Shown here: positions 11,026 to 19,862 of the stretch, one piece after another
Layout: each line of letters starts with the position of its first letter
Numbering within the stretch: the first letter of the stretch is position 1
Source: Candidatus Latescibacterota bacterium
Lineage (GTDB): Bacteria > Latescibacterota > UBA2968 > UBA8231
Direction: 5' to 3'
Length of the DNA: 64,000 bases
Assembly: GCA_965203175.1 (NCBI GenBank)
Contig: OZ241867.1
Location: forward strand, 6,336,001-6,400,000
The notes under the pieces: generated by a model
What the model was told of the DNA's origin: nothing
Seen by the model: only the letters and a program-made list of their open reading frames with translations
Databases searched by the model: none
Translations under genes and position numbers: made by a program

Positions 11026-11052
11026 GAACCTTTCGTGCTCTCCGCGATCTAA
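11026..11052 (+). promoter_or_regulatory. Putative ECF autoregulatory promoter GAACC-N16-ATCTAA (near-leaderless)
   Basis: ECF-like -35/-10 pair directly before ATG 11056; no SD. Confidence 0.5.
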
Positions 11053-11055
11053 CTT

Positions 11056-11988
11056 ATGAATCCCATGACTCAACGTGCCCGCAGCGAGAAACGAGACGAG
11101 GATCTCGTCCGCGCCGTCTTGAACGGAGATGTGGAACAGTATGCCCTGCTTATCCAGCGCTACCAACAGGTCTTATGGGCAATGGCCCTTTCCCGGCTGC
11201 GGGATCATCGTCAGGCCCGAGAAAGCGTCCACGACGCCTTTGTCAATGCGTATCTGTCCCTCCACACTCTCAACCGCAAGGAGCGATTCGGTGCCTGGCT
11301 CAGGACCATCCTCTACAACTGCTGTTTAAAGACGTTAAAAAAGAGAAGCCGCGAAACGGCCCTCCCTGAACAGGCTCTAGACGCCAGCCTCAATCCCCAA
11401 GATCGTCTCGAAAGCCAAGAGGCCGGTGAAAATCTGTGGCAGGCCCTAGCCAGCCTTTCACCGCTCTTCCGCGAACCTGTACTGCTCCACTACTTCTTTG
11501 CGTTTTCCGTAGAAGACACTGCGGCGTGGCTGGATATTCCCACGGGCACAGTAAAACGACGATTACACGACGCCCGCAAACAACTAAAGCAACACCTACT
11601 TCCCCTTTCCTCCAACTTTGACATCCACTTAGAAAAGGAGATTGTCATGGAAATCAAAGATAAGAAAATCCCAGGGGCGGTCCTCGAATACGTGGACATG
11701 AGCGAAGCCGTATTCCGCAACATCGATCTATCGGGTGCTGATTTCGAATATGTCAACATCGACCGCACCCGCTTCCGGAATACCGGTGGAGGGGATCACA
11801 CCCCGGCTAAAAACATCACCTTCGAACACTGCACCATGCAGGAAAGCCATTTTGCCCATGTCGATCTATCGGGTTCCCACTTTCAGCACGTCAATCTGAA
11901 CAATGTTACGTTGGAGAACTGTTCTATCGAGGGTCTAACCATCGACGGCTTCGACATCAAAGCGCTCATAGAAAAAGAGAAGGGGTGA
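11056..11988 (+). CDS. ECF sigma-70 factor with C-terminal pentapeptide-repeat domain
   Basis: sigma2 (FGAWLRTILYN), sigma4 (IPTGTVKRRLHDARKQLK), then MSEAVFRNIDLSGADFEYVNI...LSGSHFQHVNLNNVTLENC...IDGFDI. Confidence 0.88.
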   Translation: MNPMTQRARSEKRDEDLVRAVLNGDVEQYALLIQRYQQVLWAMALSRLRDHRQARESVHDAFVNAYLSLHTLNRKERFGAWLRTILYNCCLKTLKKRSRETALPEQALDASLNPQDRLESQEAGENLWQALASLSPLFREPVLLHYFFAFSVEDTAAWLDIPTGTVKRRLHDARKQLKQHLLPLSSNFDIHLEKEIVMEIKDKKIPGAVLEYVDMSEAVFRNIDLSGADFEYVNIDRTRFRNTGGGDHTPAKNITFEHCTMQESHFAHVDLSGSHFQHVNLNNVTLENCSIEGLTIDGFDIKALIEKEKG

Positions 11989-12003
11989 GAAGCCTAGCCA
12001 GGC

Positions 12004-14139
12004 TCAGAAATTAAACCTATAGCTCAATTTCGTCAGTAGTATCCGCTCTGGCTCTGTGGTGTCGGCCCGATGTTCGTTATAGGCGAGATATAACCGGCTG
12101 TTATTCGGGCCGAAGGTGTAGCTAAAAAGCAGATTGAGATCGACGGTGTCCCGGTGGAAGCTGCGTTGAAAAAAGCAGCGGATGAACAGATCCCGATGCA
12201 AAAAGTACGTCGTCCTCACCAGCATGGTGCGCTTCACCTCGTCCAGCGCGCCGGAGGGAAAGTACTCCCAGACAGACTCCGTGCTAGAGTCCAAAAAGAA
12301 CCCTTCCCACAGGTCGAACCGCAGCGACCCAGATACGCGGCGTATGTCGCCGAAGTAGTCGTCCGCAAAGTCGTACTGGTCCCGAAATTGACCAATAAGG
12401 CTGAGCCGGTACTTGCGTCCGTTGCCGGTGTCAAAACCGGCACTGAAGGAGTCGCCGTTGTACTTTTTTTGTTGCCATCGCAATTGCCAATTATTGTGGC
12501 TGAAAAACGCCCGCGAGTCGTCCAGCCGCCGTACGTTCACATTGACGTTGCTCCATTGCCATTCCCATCCCTCTTCATTGGTCCGCCGCTTAGCAATAAG
12601 ATTCTGTCCCAAATAGATATTTCTAATACCGAGGAAATCGGGGCGCCAACCGTAGCTTCCATAGAGGCCAAATTCTCGCTCGCCGACATCGGCGTCGTGC
12701 GGAATGAAGCCGATTTGATCCACGTTGAACTTAGGCTCGATCCAAGAGCCCCCAACTCCGTAAGAGAAGCGGTCAGAATTGTGCCTAAAGCTACCGCTGT
12801 ACATTTTGTTGCGGTGGTCCGTGTCTTCACCAAAACTCATGGCCGAATTGAGGAAGAGCTTATCGTTATCGTCCAAGCTCAAGACGAGATCGCTGCCCAC
12901 CGCCTGTTGCCCTAGCGGACCATTTTTCCCGACCGCCAAAGCACCAATAGAAGAATTGACTCCTACATCGCGCTTGAGGCGCAGGACGCCGAAATGCGGA
13001 GGGTTCCCGTTCTCGTCCGATGGGCGGTTCCGCGCTGCGATCATGCCGATGCTGTTCTTGCCGATCTTCCCCGTTATTTTAGCGCCGGCATCCGGATCGC
13101 TAATGCGACGACTGTAGAAGAGATCCATCGCCGTAAAGAGCTGTTGGCCTTCGAGAAAGAAGGGCCTTTTCTCCTCCAAGAAGAGTTCGAATCTCGTCAG
13201 ATTTATCTGGTTCTCGTCGGCTTCTATATGGGCGAAATCCGGGTTGAAGGTAGTGTCTAAGGTGAGATTGGAGGCGATGCTGTATTTCAGATCGAGCCCG
13301 AAATCGCTGGACCAGCCCTCTGTGGACCGACTCCCCACATTGCCGTAGCCTCCGGTTGCATAAGGCAATACCTCTAGGTGAAGTCCCGGTTCGATTTCTT
13401 CAAGTCCATGTAGGTGGCCAGCTTTGGACACTTTTAGGAGGTACCGGTCGTCTCTCGATATAAACGCCCAGTTGCTGTTCTCCGTATAGGTCCGCTCAAT
13501 GCGCTGGACGTTTATTCCCCACGTATGCTGGTCCAATTCGGGGAACCGCAGCGTCTTGAATGGGATGGCGATCTCGGCACTCCAGCCTTGGTCGTGGATA
13601 TGGGTTTCAGCCTGCCAAATGCCGTCCCAACTCTGATCGATTCCGCCCCAGCCCCCGGACCCGTCGTTTTCAACGCGAAAATCGTTCTGGACGCCGTAGG
13701 CGTTTATATAGAATCCGTAGGCATTTTGGTGGTCGTGATAGGTGTCTAAGACGAGACCGACGAGATCCAGTGGGGCAAACCGGCCGTCTCGCTGCATGAT
13801 GCGACTCTTTATGTTGCCGGGCTCTGCATCCATCATATTGAGGCCGATGTACAGATAATCGGCGTCGTAGAGCACGTGTATAAAGGTTTGATTAGTCGCA
13901 GCGACGCCTTCTTCAGGTTCAATCAATATGAACCCCGTCGCCGGCGTAGCCCGCTTCCAGTCTTCATCATCTAGGATGCCGTCTATGGTGGGCCGGAGGT
14001 TAGTCCTGAAGGCCGACACTTCCTTTTCGCTGGGCTTTTCGTGGGCCGGGGCAGACGGCGCGACGACGAGTGCAGCCCCTATCATCAAGAGTAGCCATAG
14101 GTGTGTACGAATGCGCCGAGTCGGATATGCCGTGCTCAT
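12004..14139 (-). CDS. CBM9-like / DUF5916 outer-membrane beta-barrel protein
   Basis: Signal peptide, PTIDGILDDEDW, GWSAEIAIPFKTLRF, TFNPDFAHIEAD, EKRPFFLEG, LFYSRRI, terminal Phe; AAGGAG SD before ATG 14139 (the ORF-track start 14343 lies in the sigma remnant). Confidence 0.85.
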   Translation of the reverse strand: MSTAYPTRRIRTHLWLLLMIGAALVVAPSAPAHEKPSEKEVSAFRTNLRPTIDGILDDEDWKRATPATGFILIEPEEGVAATNQTFIHVLYDADYLYIGLNMMDAEPGNIKSRIMQRDGRFAPLDLVGLVLDTYHDHQNAYGFYINAYGVQNDFRVENDGSGGWGGIDQSWDGIWQAETHIHDQGWSAEIAIPFKTLRFPELDQHTWGINVQRIERTYTENSNWAFISRDDRYLLKVSKAGHLHGLEEIEPGLHLEVLPYATGGYGNVGSRSTEGWSSDFGLDLKYSIASNLTLDTTFNPDFAHIEADENQINLTRFELFLEEKRPFFLEGQQLFTAMDLFYSRRISDPDAGAKITGKIGKNSIGMIAARNRPSDENGNPPHFGVLRLKRDVGVNSSIGALAVGKNGPLGQQAVGSDLVLSLDDNDKLFLNSAMSFGEDTDHRNKMYSGSFRHNSDRFSYGVGGSWIEPKFNVDQIGFIPHDADVGEREFGLYGSYGWRPDFLGIRNIYLGQNLIAKRRTNEEGWEWQWSNVNVNVRRLDDSRAFFSHNNWQLRWQQKKYNGDSFSAGFDTGNGRKYRLSLIGQFRDQYDFADDYFGDIRRVSGSLRFDLWEGFFLDSSTESVWEYFPSGALDEVKRTMLVRTTYFLHRDLFIRCFFQRSFHRDTVDLNLLFSYTFGPNNSRLYLAYNEHRADTTEPERILLTKLSYRFNF

Positions 14140-14377
14140 GTATCTCCTTTCAATTGGGCCAAGGTTGCCGAGGGGCTGTCTGTTCCTAGCAGGCAAATTG
14201 CAGAATCCATCTGCCGCCAGACCATGCGATAGGGATTTGTGCCTTCCCAGACTTACAACGGAAGAAATGGTGGTTAACAATGGCAAGCATCTCCCTTTTG
14301 GATCAGCCTGAACACAGTTTTCTCCATTCCGTTCCAAGATCACCCCTATAGTTGCTTCTAGGCGATGAAGGTATCCG
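14140..14377 (-). pseudogene. Decayed ECF sigma remnant with its promoter
   Basis: 14308-14377 matches 48369-48438 (promoter and first codons of the sigma-clamp gene; LERNGENCVQ vs MERNGESCVQ) with ATG changed to TTG. Confidence 0.65.
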
Positions 14378-14452
14378 AATGGGATAAAATAAGGAGACTT
14401 GATGAATTATCAATAAGTATTTATTTATAAACAACTTACATACATACATCCC

Positions 14453-14481
14453 TTGACAAAAGCAAAGACAATCAGTATTTT
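14453..14481 (+). promoter_or_regulatory. sigma70-type promoter TTGACA-N17-TATTTT
   Basis: Consensus -35 with 17-bp spacer in AT-rich intergenic DNA upstream of the CocE gene. Confidence 0.55.
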
Positions 14482-14500
14482 ATTTATGGTAATTACAACG

Positions 14501-14536
14501 AAAGGGGGCCCGATTCGATCGGTAGCTCCCTTTTTG
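14501..14536 (+). terminator. Terminator-like hairpin (AAAGGGGGC...GCTCCCTTTTT)
   Basis: Stem followed by a U-run just downstream of the promoter. Confidence 0.4.
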
Positions 14537-14613
14537 CGGCCTAAAAAAATGTTCAACAGTAAGATGATTTCCGGCGAAGACCTGCTCGGGACCATCGATA
14601 CGGAGCCAATGCA

Positions 14614-16332
14614 ATGAGCGGTGCCCTAGGAATTCTCACCGAACCCAATGTTCAAGTGCCCATGCGCGACGGCGTCCACATGGCAGCGCACGTGTTCCGC
14701 CCCGACGCCGATGGCCGATTTCCCGGAATCCTGCTGCGCACGCCGTACGACCGGCCAAAGTCTGGATTCGAGCGATACGTGCGCGCCGGGTACGCCGTAG
14801 TCTCCATGGACTCGCGCGGCCGCTACGGCTCCGAAGGCGACTGGGTGCCGTTCACCGCAGAGCACACGGGCGACGCCGAGGACGGCTACGACTCCGTGGA
14901 GTGGCTGGCGGCACAGCCCTGGTGCGACGGCAAGGTCGGCACCCTCGGGGCCTCGTATAACGCCTGGATGCAGTGGCAGCTAGCCAAGCTGCGCCCTCCG
15001 CATCTGGTCGCCATGTGCGCGTACACCATCCCACTGGAATTGACCGAAGTCGATTGGCCGGGCGGATTCCGGCCGGGGCGGCGCATCAAGTGGTGGCTCA
15101 CCTCCATGGCACCGGACCTGCGCCGTCGCCACGGACTGCCGCCGCCGCACACGCCAGAGCAAGCGCGGCAGGAGTGGGACAAGCTCGCCGGCGAGGGGCA
15201 CTGGATCGGCTACCTGCCGTGGCTCGACTTCACCCGCCACCTACCGCCGGGACTGGCGGAGTACGCAAAGGATTGGCTCGAGCACCCGAACCGGCGGGCC
15301 TGGAAATTCGACGAGGTACACAAGGAAGTAGCCGTGCCAAACCTCGACTTCAGCGGCTGGTACGATCATTGCAACGGCTCGATGCAGCACCTACAACTCA
15401 TGCAGCGCCACGGTCGCACCGAGAGCGCACGGTCGCAGACGAAGCTCATCGCCGGCCCGTGGAATCACCCGAGCCTCGGTAGCCGCATCGTAGCCGGGTT
15501 CGACTTCGGGCCGCAGGCCGATCTCAACCTGCCAGACCTAATGATCCGCTGGTTCGACCACTGGCTCAAGGGGATCGACAACGGCGTCGATCGCGAGCCA
15601 GCAGTGCGCTACTTCTCAATGGCCGGACGGCAAGGTCAATGGCGCTCGGCCGACACTTGGCCGCCAGCGGACACAACGCCCTGTGAGTACCTGTTGAGCA
15701 GCAATGGCGACGCCAAGTTTGGCGGTTCCGGCCGACTGTCGATCAACGGCGAGTACACCAACGCTGAGGCAGACCACTTCGACTACGATCCCCACAATCC
15801 CGTGCCGACGCTGTGGACGCGGGAGTGGTTCACAGGACCAGCGGACCGACGACGACTGGAGGGGCGCGACGACATCCTCTGCTATCGCTCGGAGCCGCTG
15901 GCTGACGCTGTGGAGATCGCCGGTTATCCAGAAGCCGTGCTCTTCGTCAGTTCGTCGGTACCGGACACGGACTTCTTCGCGCGATTGGTGGACGAGCATC
16001 CGCCCGCAGGCGAGACGGCGAGCGGGCCAGCGCCGGAGATGTGCTACGGCATGGTGCGCGCCCGCCACCGCAACTCCCTCGACGTTGAAGAGCTGCTGAC
16101 GCCCGGAGACGTGGTGGAGCTCCGCATCCGCATGGGACCAACGGCCTGCCGCTTTGAGCCGGGTCACCGCATCCGCCTAGAAATCACGTCTAGCGACTTC
16201 CCCAACCACGACCGCAATCACAACACGGGCAAGAACGACCTAGCCGACACTGAGCTAGTCGTGGCGACCAATGCCGTGCATCACTCGGCAGCGCATCCTT
16301 CGCGGCTCGTGCTACCCGTGTCCGAAGAGTAA
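14614..16332 (+). CDS. CocE/NonD family hydrolase (peptidase S15)
   Basis: VPMRDGV, RTPY, RGRYGSEG, GASY nucleophile, GWYD, GPWNH, SSDFP. Confidence 0.92.
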   Translation: MSGALGILTEPNVQVPMRDGVHMAAHVFRPDADGRFPGILLRTPYDRPKSGFERYVRAGYAVVSMDSRGRYGSEGDWVPFTAEHTGDAEDGYDSVEWLAAQPWCDGKVGTLGASYNAWMQWQLAKLRPPHLVAMCAYTIPLELTEVDWPGGFRPGRRIKWWLTSMAPDLRRRHGLPPPHTPEQARQEWDKLAGEGHWIGYLPWLDFTRHLPPGLAEYAKDWLEHPNRRAWKFDEVHKEVAVPNLDFSGWYDHCNGSMQHLQLMQRHGRTESARSQTKLIAGPWNHPSLGSRIVAGFDFGPQADLNLPDLMIRWFDHWLKGIDNGVDREPAVRYFSMAGRQGQWRSADTWPPADTTPCEYLLSSNGDAKFGGSGRLSINGEYTNAEADHFDYDPHNPVPTLWTREWFTGPADRRRLEGRDDILCYRSEPLADAVEIAGYPEAVLFVSSSVPDTDFFARLVDEHPPAGETASGPAPEMCYGMVRARHRNSLDVEELLTPGDVVELRIRMGPTACRFEPGHRIRLEITSSDFPNHDRNHNTGKNDLADTELVVATNAVHHSAAHPSRLVLPVSEE

Positions 16333-16337
16333 GCTCC

Positions 16338-17441
16338 CTAGGAAGCCTGCAGCCGCCGCACCCGCGCCGGAGTGTGGTCCTGGGCAATCTCCGAAGAGAG
16401 AATGCCCAACGAACGGTCCGCTAGCGGCAAATCCACGCGGACAAAACCGTCGCGGTGCGATTGGCGTAGGGCAATGGCTATTTCGAGAGCGGCCCGGCCA
16501 TCGTCGCCCGAGCAGCGCGGATCCGATCCCGTCTCAATGGCCTGGATCAGATCCTCTACAATGGTCAGACCCATGCCCTGGATGTGCGTTGGATAGGGAA
16601 AGGGCACGTACGCGGGCACGCCGCGTCCCCTATTGCCACCCGAAGCCGTGCGGATGTACTCCATTTGCGTACAATTGGCTATGGATCGGATGCGGCCCTC
16701 AGTGCCAATGACGTCGATTTCCCAAGCTGCAACCCCAGTAGGAGTAGCGCGGATAAAAGCGCGCACCCCATTGTCAAAGACGAGGTAGCCGTTGCCCTGC
16801 GGGTCGGTCTCGCCCTCGGCCGCAGCGTCCGATTCCATTTCGCCAAAAACCCACTCGACCTGTCCACCGGCCATGTAGCGCACAACGTCGAGGAGGTGGC
16901 TGCCATTGTGCGACAAGCCGCACTGGGCATAGCCGGTCACTTGGAGGATTTGCCCTAGCTCGCCTTTGTCGATGAGGTCGCGGGCCTGACTGAAGAACGG
17001 ATTCCAGCGGCGGGCGCAGTTGATGGCCAAGGCCGTGCCGTGTTGGCGGCAGGCTTCGACCATGGCATCGGCTTCCGCCAAGGTCAGAGCGATAGGCTTT
17101 TCGGCCCATACGGCCTTGACGCCAGCACGGGCACAGTCCTCGACGATCTGCGAGCGAATGCGGGCCGTGGTACAGACGCTGACCAAGTCGAGGTTTTCCC
17201 GCTCCAGCATTTGGCGGTAGTCGCCGTAGAGATGGTCTTGCTCCAGACCCCAGCGGTCGCCGAAAATGGCGCGTTGTTCGTCGTGCGGATCGGCTCCAGC
17301 CACCAGTTCCGTATGGGGCGAAGCGCAGTACGAGGGAGCGTGGCAATAGGGCAGAAAAATGGATCCTCCCTCGCTCATTTCATCGTCGAACGTGCTGCCC
17401 ATGCGGCCCAAGCCGATAACGGCGGCGCGATACGTAGTCAT
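16338..17441 (-). CDS. Gfo/Idh/MocA family oxidoreductase
   Basis: IGLGRMG, AEKPIA, HNGSHLLD. Confidence 0.9.
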   Translation of the reverse strand: MTTYRAAVIGLGRMGSTFDDEMSEGGSIFLPYCHAPSYCASPHTELVAGADPHDEQRAIFGDRWGLEQDHLYGDYRQMLERENLDLVSVCTTARIRSQIVEDCARAGVKAVWAEKPIALTLAEADAMVEACRQHGTALAINCARRWNPFFSQARDLIDKGELGQILQVTGYAQCGLSHNGSHLLDVVRYMAGGQVEWVFGEMESDAAAEGETDPQGNGYLVFDNGVRAFIRATPTGVAAWEIDVIGTEGRIRSIANCTQMEYIRTASGGNRGRGVPAYVPFPYPTHIQGMGLTIVEDLIQAIETGSDPRCSGDDGRAALEIAIALRQSHRDGFVRVDLPLADRSLGILSSEIAQDHTPARVRRLQAS

Positions 17442-17460
17442 GGTCTCCTCCAGTGTTTGA

Positions 17461-17497
17461 TAGAAGTGGGATTTTACTATCGCGTACTTAGCTCATA
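17461..17497. repeat. 37-bp direct repeat, copy 1
   Basis: TAGAAGTGGGATTTTACTATCGCGTACTTAGCTCATA, 36/37 identical to 18346-18382. Confidence 0.92.
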
Positions 17498-18339
17498 CCC
17501 CGGGGCGCTAGGGTCACTTCCCGCAGATAGGCACCGATACCCCGCTGGCGGTCCCACTGCTGCGGGTACCCCAGGGACACCTCTCGGAAAGGCACGCCGT
17601 CAAGCCAATGGGTGTCCCGAATGTGGAGGTGGCCGTACACCACTGCACACGCATTGAAGCGGCGGTGCCAACCTCGGGTCCGGCGGGTCCCACACCACGG
17701 AGTGAATCGGGGAACCCGTGGCAGCACGGCGTGTTGTTCTTCGAGCGGAAAGTGATTGATCAGGACCTTGGGAAGATCCGCAGGATACGACGCGAGCCGA
17801 GTGGCGGTATCCTTGCAGCGTGCAGCGCACCACGATTCCCGATCCGGAAACGGGTCGGGATGCAGCATCACTTCGTCGGCACAGGCGGCGCCGGTTTCCC
17901 GGGCCCATCCAACTACCTCGTCACGCCGGACGTGCCGGGGCCGGAAGCTGTAGTCGTAGAGCAGGAACAGCGGCGCGATCAGAACCGGCCCGGCCCGATG
18001 TTCAACCACCGGGTAGGGATCCTCCGGGGTGATAACACCGTGGGAGCGAGCAATCTGGACGAGCTGCTCGTAGAGCGCGACGCCGCGAAGTCCGTGAGTC
18101 GCGCTGGGAACTGTCCAGAGTTCGTGGTTTCCGGGAACCCAGACGATCCGGCGGAACTTCGGAGTCAGTTGCCGAAAGCACCAGTCAAGCCGCCGCGGAC
18201 CGTCGGTAACGTCTCCCGCTAGGATCAGCCAGTCCTCGGAAAAGGCCGGAAAACTCTCCAGCACTTCGCGATTTTCCGGATGGGAGAGATGCATGTCTGA
18301 CAGCGTCCATAAACGCAAAAGATTACCGTCCTGGGACAA
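17488..18339 (-). CDS. Metallophosphoesterase, PptH/Rv2795c-like
   Basis: SDMH, AGDV, VPGNHELWT, TPEDPYP, PLFLLYDYSF, NHFPL, YGHLHI, EVSLGYP. Confidence 0.85.
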   Translation of the reverse strand: MSQDGNLLRLWTLSDMHLSHPENREVLESFPAFSEDWLILAGDVTDGPRRLDWCFRQLTPKFRRIVWVPGNHELWTVPSATHGLRGVALYEQLVQIARSHGVITPEDPYPVVEHRAGPVLIAPLFLLYDYSFRPRHVRRDEVVGWARETGAACADEVMLHPDPFPDRESWCAARCKDTATRLASYPADLPKVLINHFPLEEQHAVLPRVPRFTPWCGTRRTRGWHRRFNACAVVYGHLHIRDTHWLDGVPFREVSLGYPQQWDRQRGIGAYLREVTLAPRGMS

Positions 18340-18345
18340 TTTGTC

Positions 18346-18382
18346 TAGAAGTGAGATTTTACTATCGCGTACTTAGCTCATA
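18346..18382. repeat. 37-bp direct repeat, copy 2 (contains the sulfatase stop codon)
   Basis: TAGAAGTGAGATTTTACTATCGCGTACTTAGCTCATA. Confidence 0.92.
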
Positions 18383-19850
18383 GATAGGGATAAGTCGCTT
18401 CTGGATCGTAGTCCGGCAGCAGCGCGTCATGGGGTTGGCCGGGAATTAAGCGCGCGCCATCCACAAAACCTTCCGGTCTACCCTTGAGGAATTCGCTGAG
18501 GCGATCTCGCCAAGGTTGCATTCTAGTCTCAGCGTCGGATTCACGAGACAAGTCGCGCATTTCCTGGGGATCTTCATCCAAGTCGAAAAGGTGTTCTTGG
18601 CCCGTCTGCGAATACCAGATGTATTTGCAGCGCCCATCAGTGACATAGTGATTGCCGTGGGCGCGGGCGTAACAGCCGGCGTGTTCTCCGTGGAGAAATT
18701 CCCTGACGCCGTCGGCATCGCCCTGCATGACGGGCAGGAGGCTTTTGCCCGTGCAGGTATCGGGAATGTCGATGTCAGCCGCAGCGAGAATGGTGGGCAT
18801 GATGTCCTGGATGCCGACGGGACTTTGACAAACGACTTCTTCGGGATAGTTCCAATTCTTTGGCGCACGCATGAAAAACGGAACTCGCGCCGACGCTTCA
18901 TAGGGCCAGGTTTTGCGAAAGAGGTTGTGGTCGCCCAGCATTTCGCCGTGGTCGGAGGTGAAGATAACTAAGCAGTTGTTGAGACCACCAGTAAACTGGA
19001 TGAGGCGGCCGATCTGGTCGTCTATAAAATTGATCATGCCGTAATAAGCCGCGCGACAACAGCGCAGGTCGTGTTCGTTGAGGCGAATTTCCCACCCATT
19101 GGGATTGAGACCTTTTTCGGCACCATCGAATTCGGGAGCCCAATCGCCGACGAAGGGATCGGGCAGACTGCGGTCGATATAGCGATCGTAATAAGGAGCG
19201 GGTGGCGTGAGCGGAGGATGGGGATCGATAAAGGAAACATTGAGAAAAAACGGTGACGAAGGATCGCGTTTGCGCAAAAAATCCATGGCCCGGTCAACGC
19301 ACCAAAAGGTATGCATCTGTTCTTCGGGCAAATGGTGCGGGCGGCCGATCCAGCCGTTGGAGGAAATGCCGTGGGCCATGCCGGGATCTACTTCATTGCG
19401 GCCGTGGTATTGCCGCAGCCATTCGACGTAGTCGTTGTCCGCGCCCCGAGTGGCATCGGCCAGTTGCATGTGGTCAAAGCCGTAGCGCTTGCGATGGGGG
19501 GTTAAGTGGAGTTTGCCAATCATCTCCGTTTGATAACCAGCCTTGGATAGCTCGCCGGCTAAGGTGTGCGGCGGCTGCCACGGAGCGCTCTTGAAGCCAA
19601 CGGCCCCATTGGCCGCCGGTGCCGTACCGGTCATCAAGCTGCGGCGCGCAGGGATGCAACTGGGACATTCGGAGTAGCCGTGGTGAAAGTGCGTGCCCGT
19701 GCGGGCAAGCCAATCTAAGTTGGGCGTTTGCAGACACGAGGGACTGTGGGGATCGAGCCCCATGCAGTCGCCGCGCTGCTGGTCGGTCATGATGAGCAGG
19801 ATATTGGGACGAGTGTCTGAGCAGTCCGACCTCAGTATTGGGGTCGCCAT
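18378..19850 (-). CDS. Cys-type formylglycine-dependent sulfatase
   Basis: PNILLIMTDQQR, CIPAR, GKLH, DPHPP, SDHGEMLGDH. Confidence 0.93.
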   Translation of the reverse strand: MATPILRSDCSDTRPNILLIMTDQQRGDCMGLDPHSPSCLQTPNLDWLARTGTHFHHGYSECPSCIPARRSLMTGTAPAANGAVGFKSAPWQPPHTLAGELSKAGYQTEMIGKLHLTPHRKRYGFDHMQLADATRGADNDYVEWLRQYHGRNEVDPGMAHGISSNGWIGRPHHLPEEQMHTFWCVDRAMDFLRKRDPSSPFFLNVSFIDPHPPLTPPAPYYDRYIDRSLPDPFVGDWAPEFDGAEKGLNPNGWEIRLNEHDLRCCRAAYYGMINFIDDQIGRLIQFTGGLNNCLVIFTSDHGEMLGDHNLFRKTWPYEASARVPFFMRAPKNWNYPEEVVCQSPVGIQDIMPTILAAADIDIPDTCTGKSLLPVMQGDADGVREFLHGEHAGCYARAHGNHYVTDGRCKYIWYSQTGQEHLFDLDEDPQEMRDLSRESDAETRMQPWRDRLSEFLKGRPEGFVDGARLIPGQPHDALLPDYDPEATYPYL

Positions 19851-19862
19851 ATCATTCTCCGA

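Noticed and set aside
14140-14343. 68-aa N-terminal extension of the 779-aa ORF
   Set aside because: It precedes a strong SD, ATG 14139 and a signal peptide, and is better explained as sigma remnant DNA
17461-18382. CRISPR repeats or integron attC
   Set aside because: Only two copies ~850 bp apart, no cas genes and no GTTRRRY/RYYYAAC attC structure
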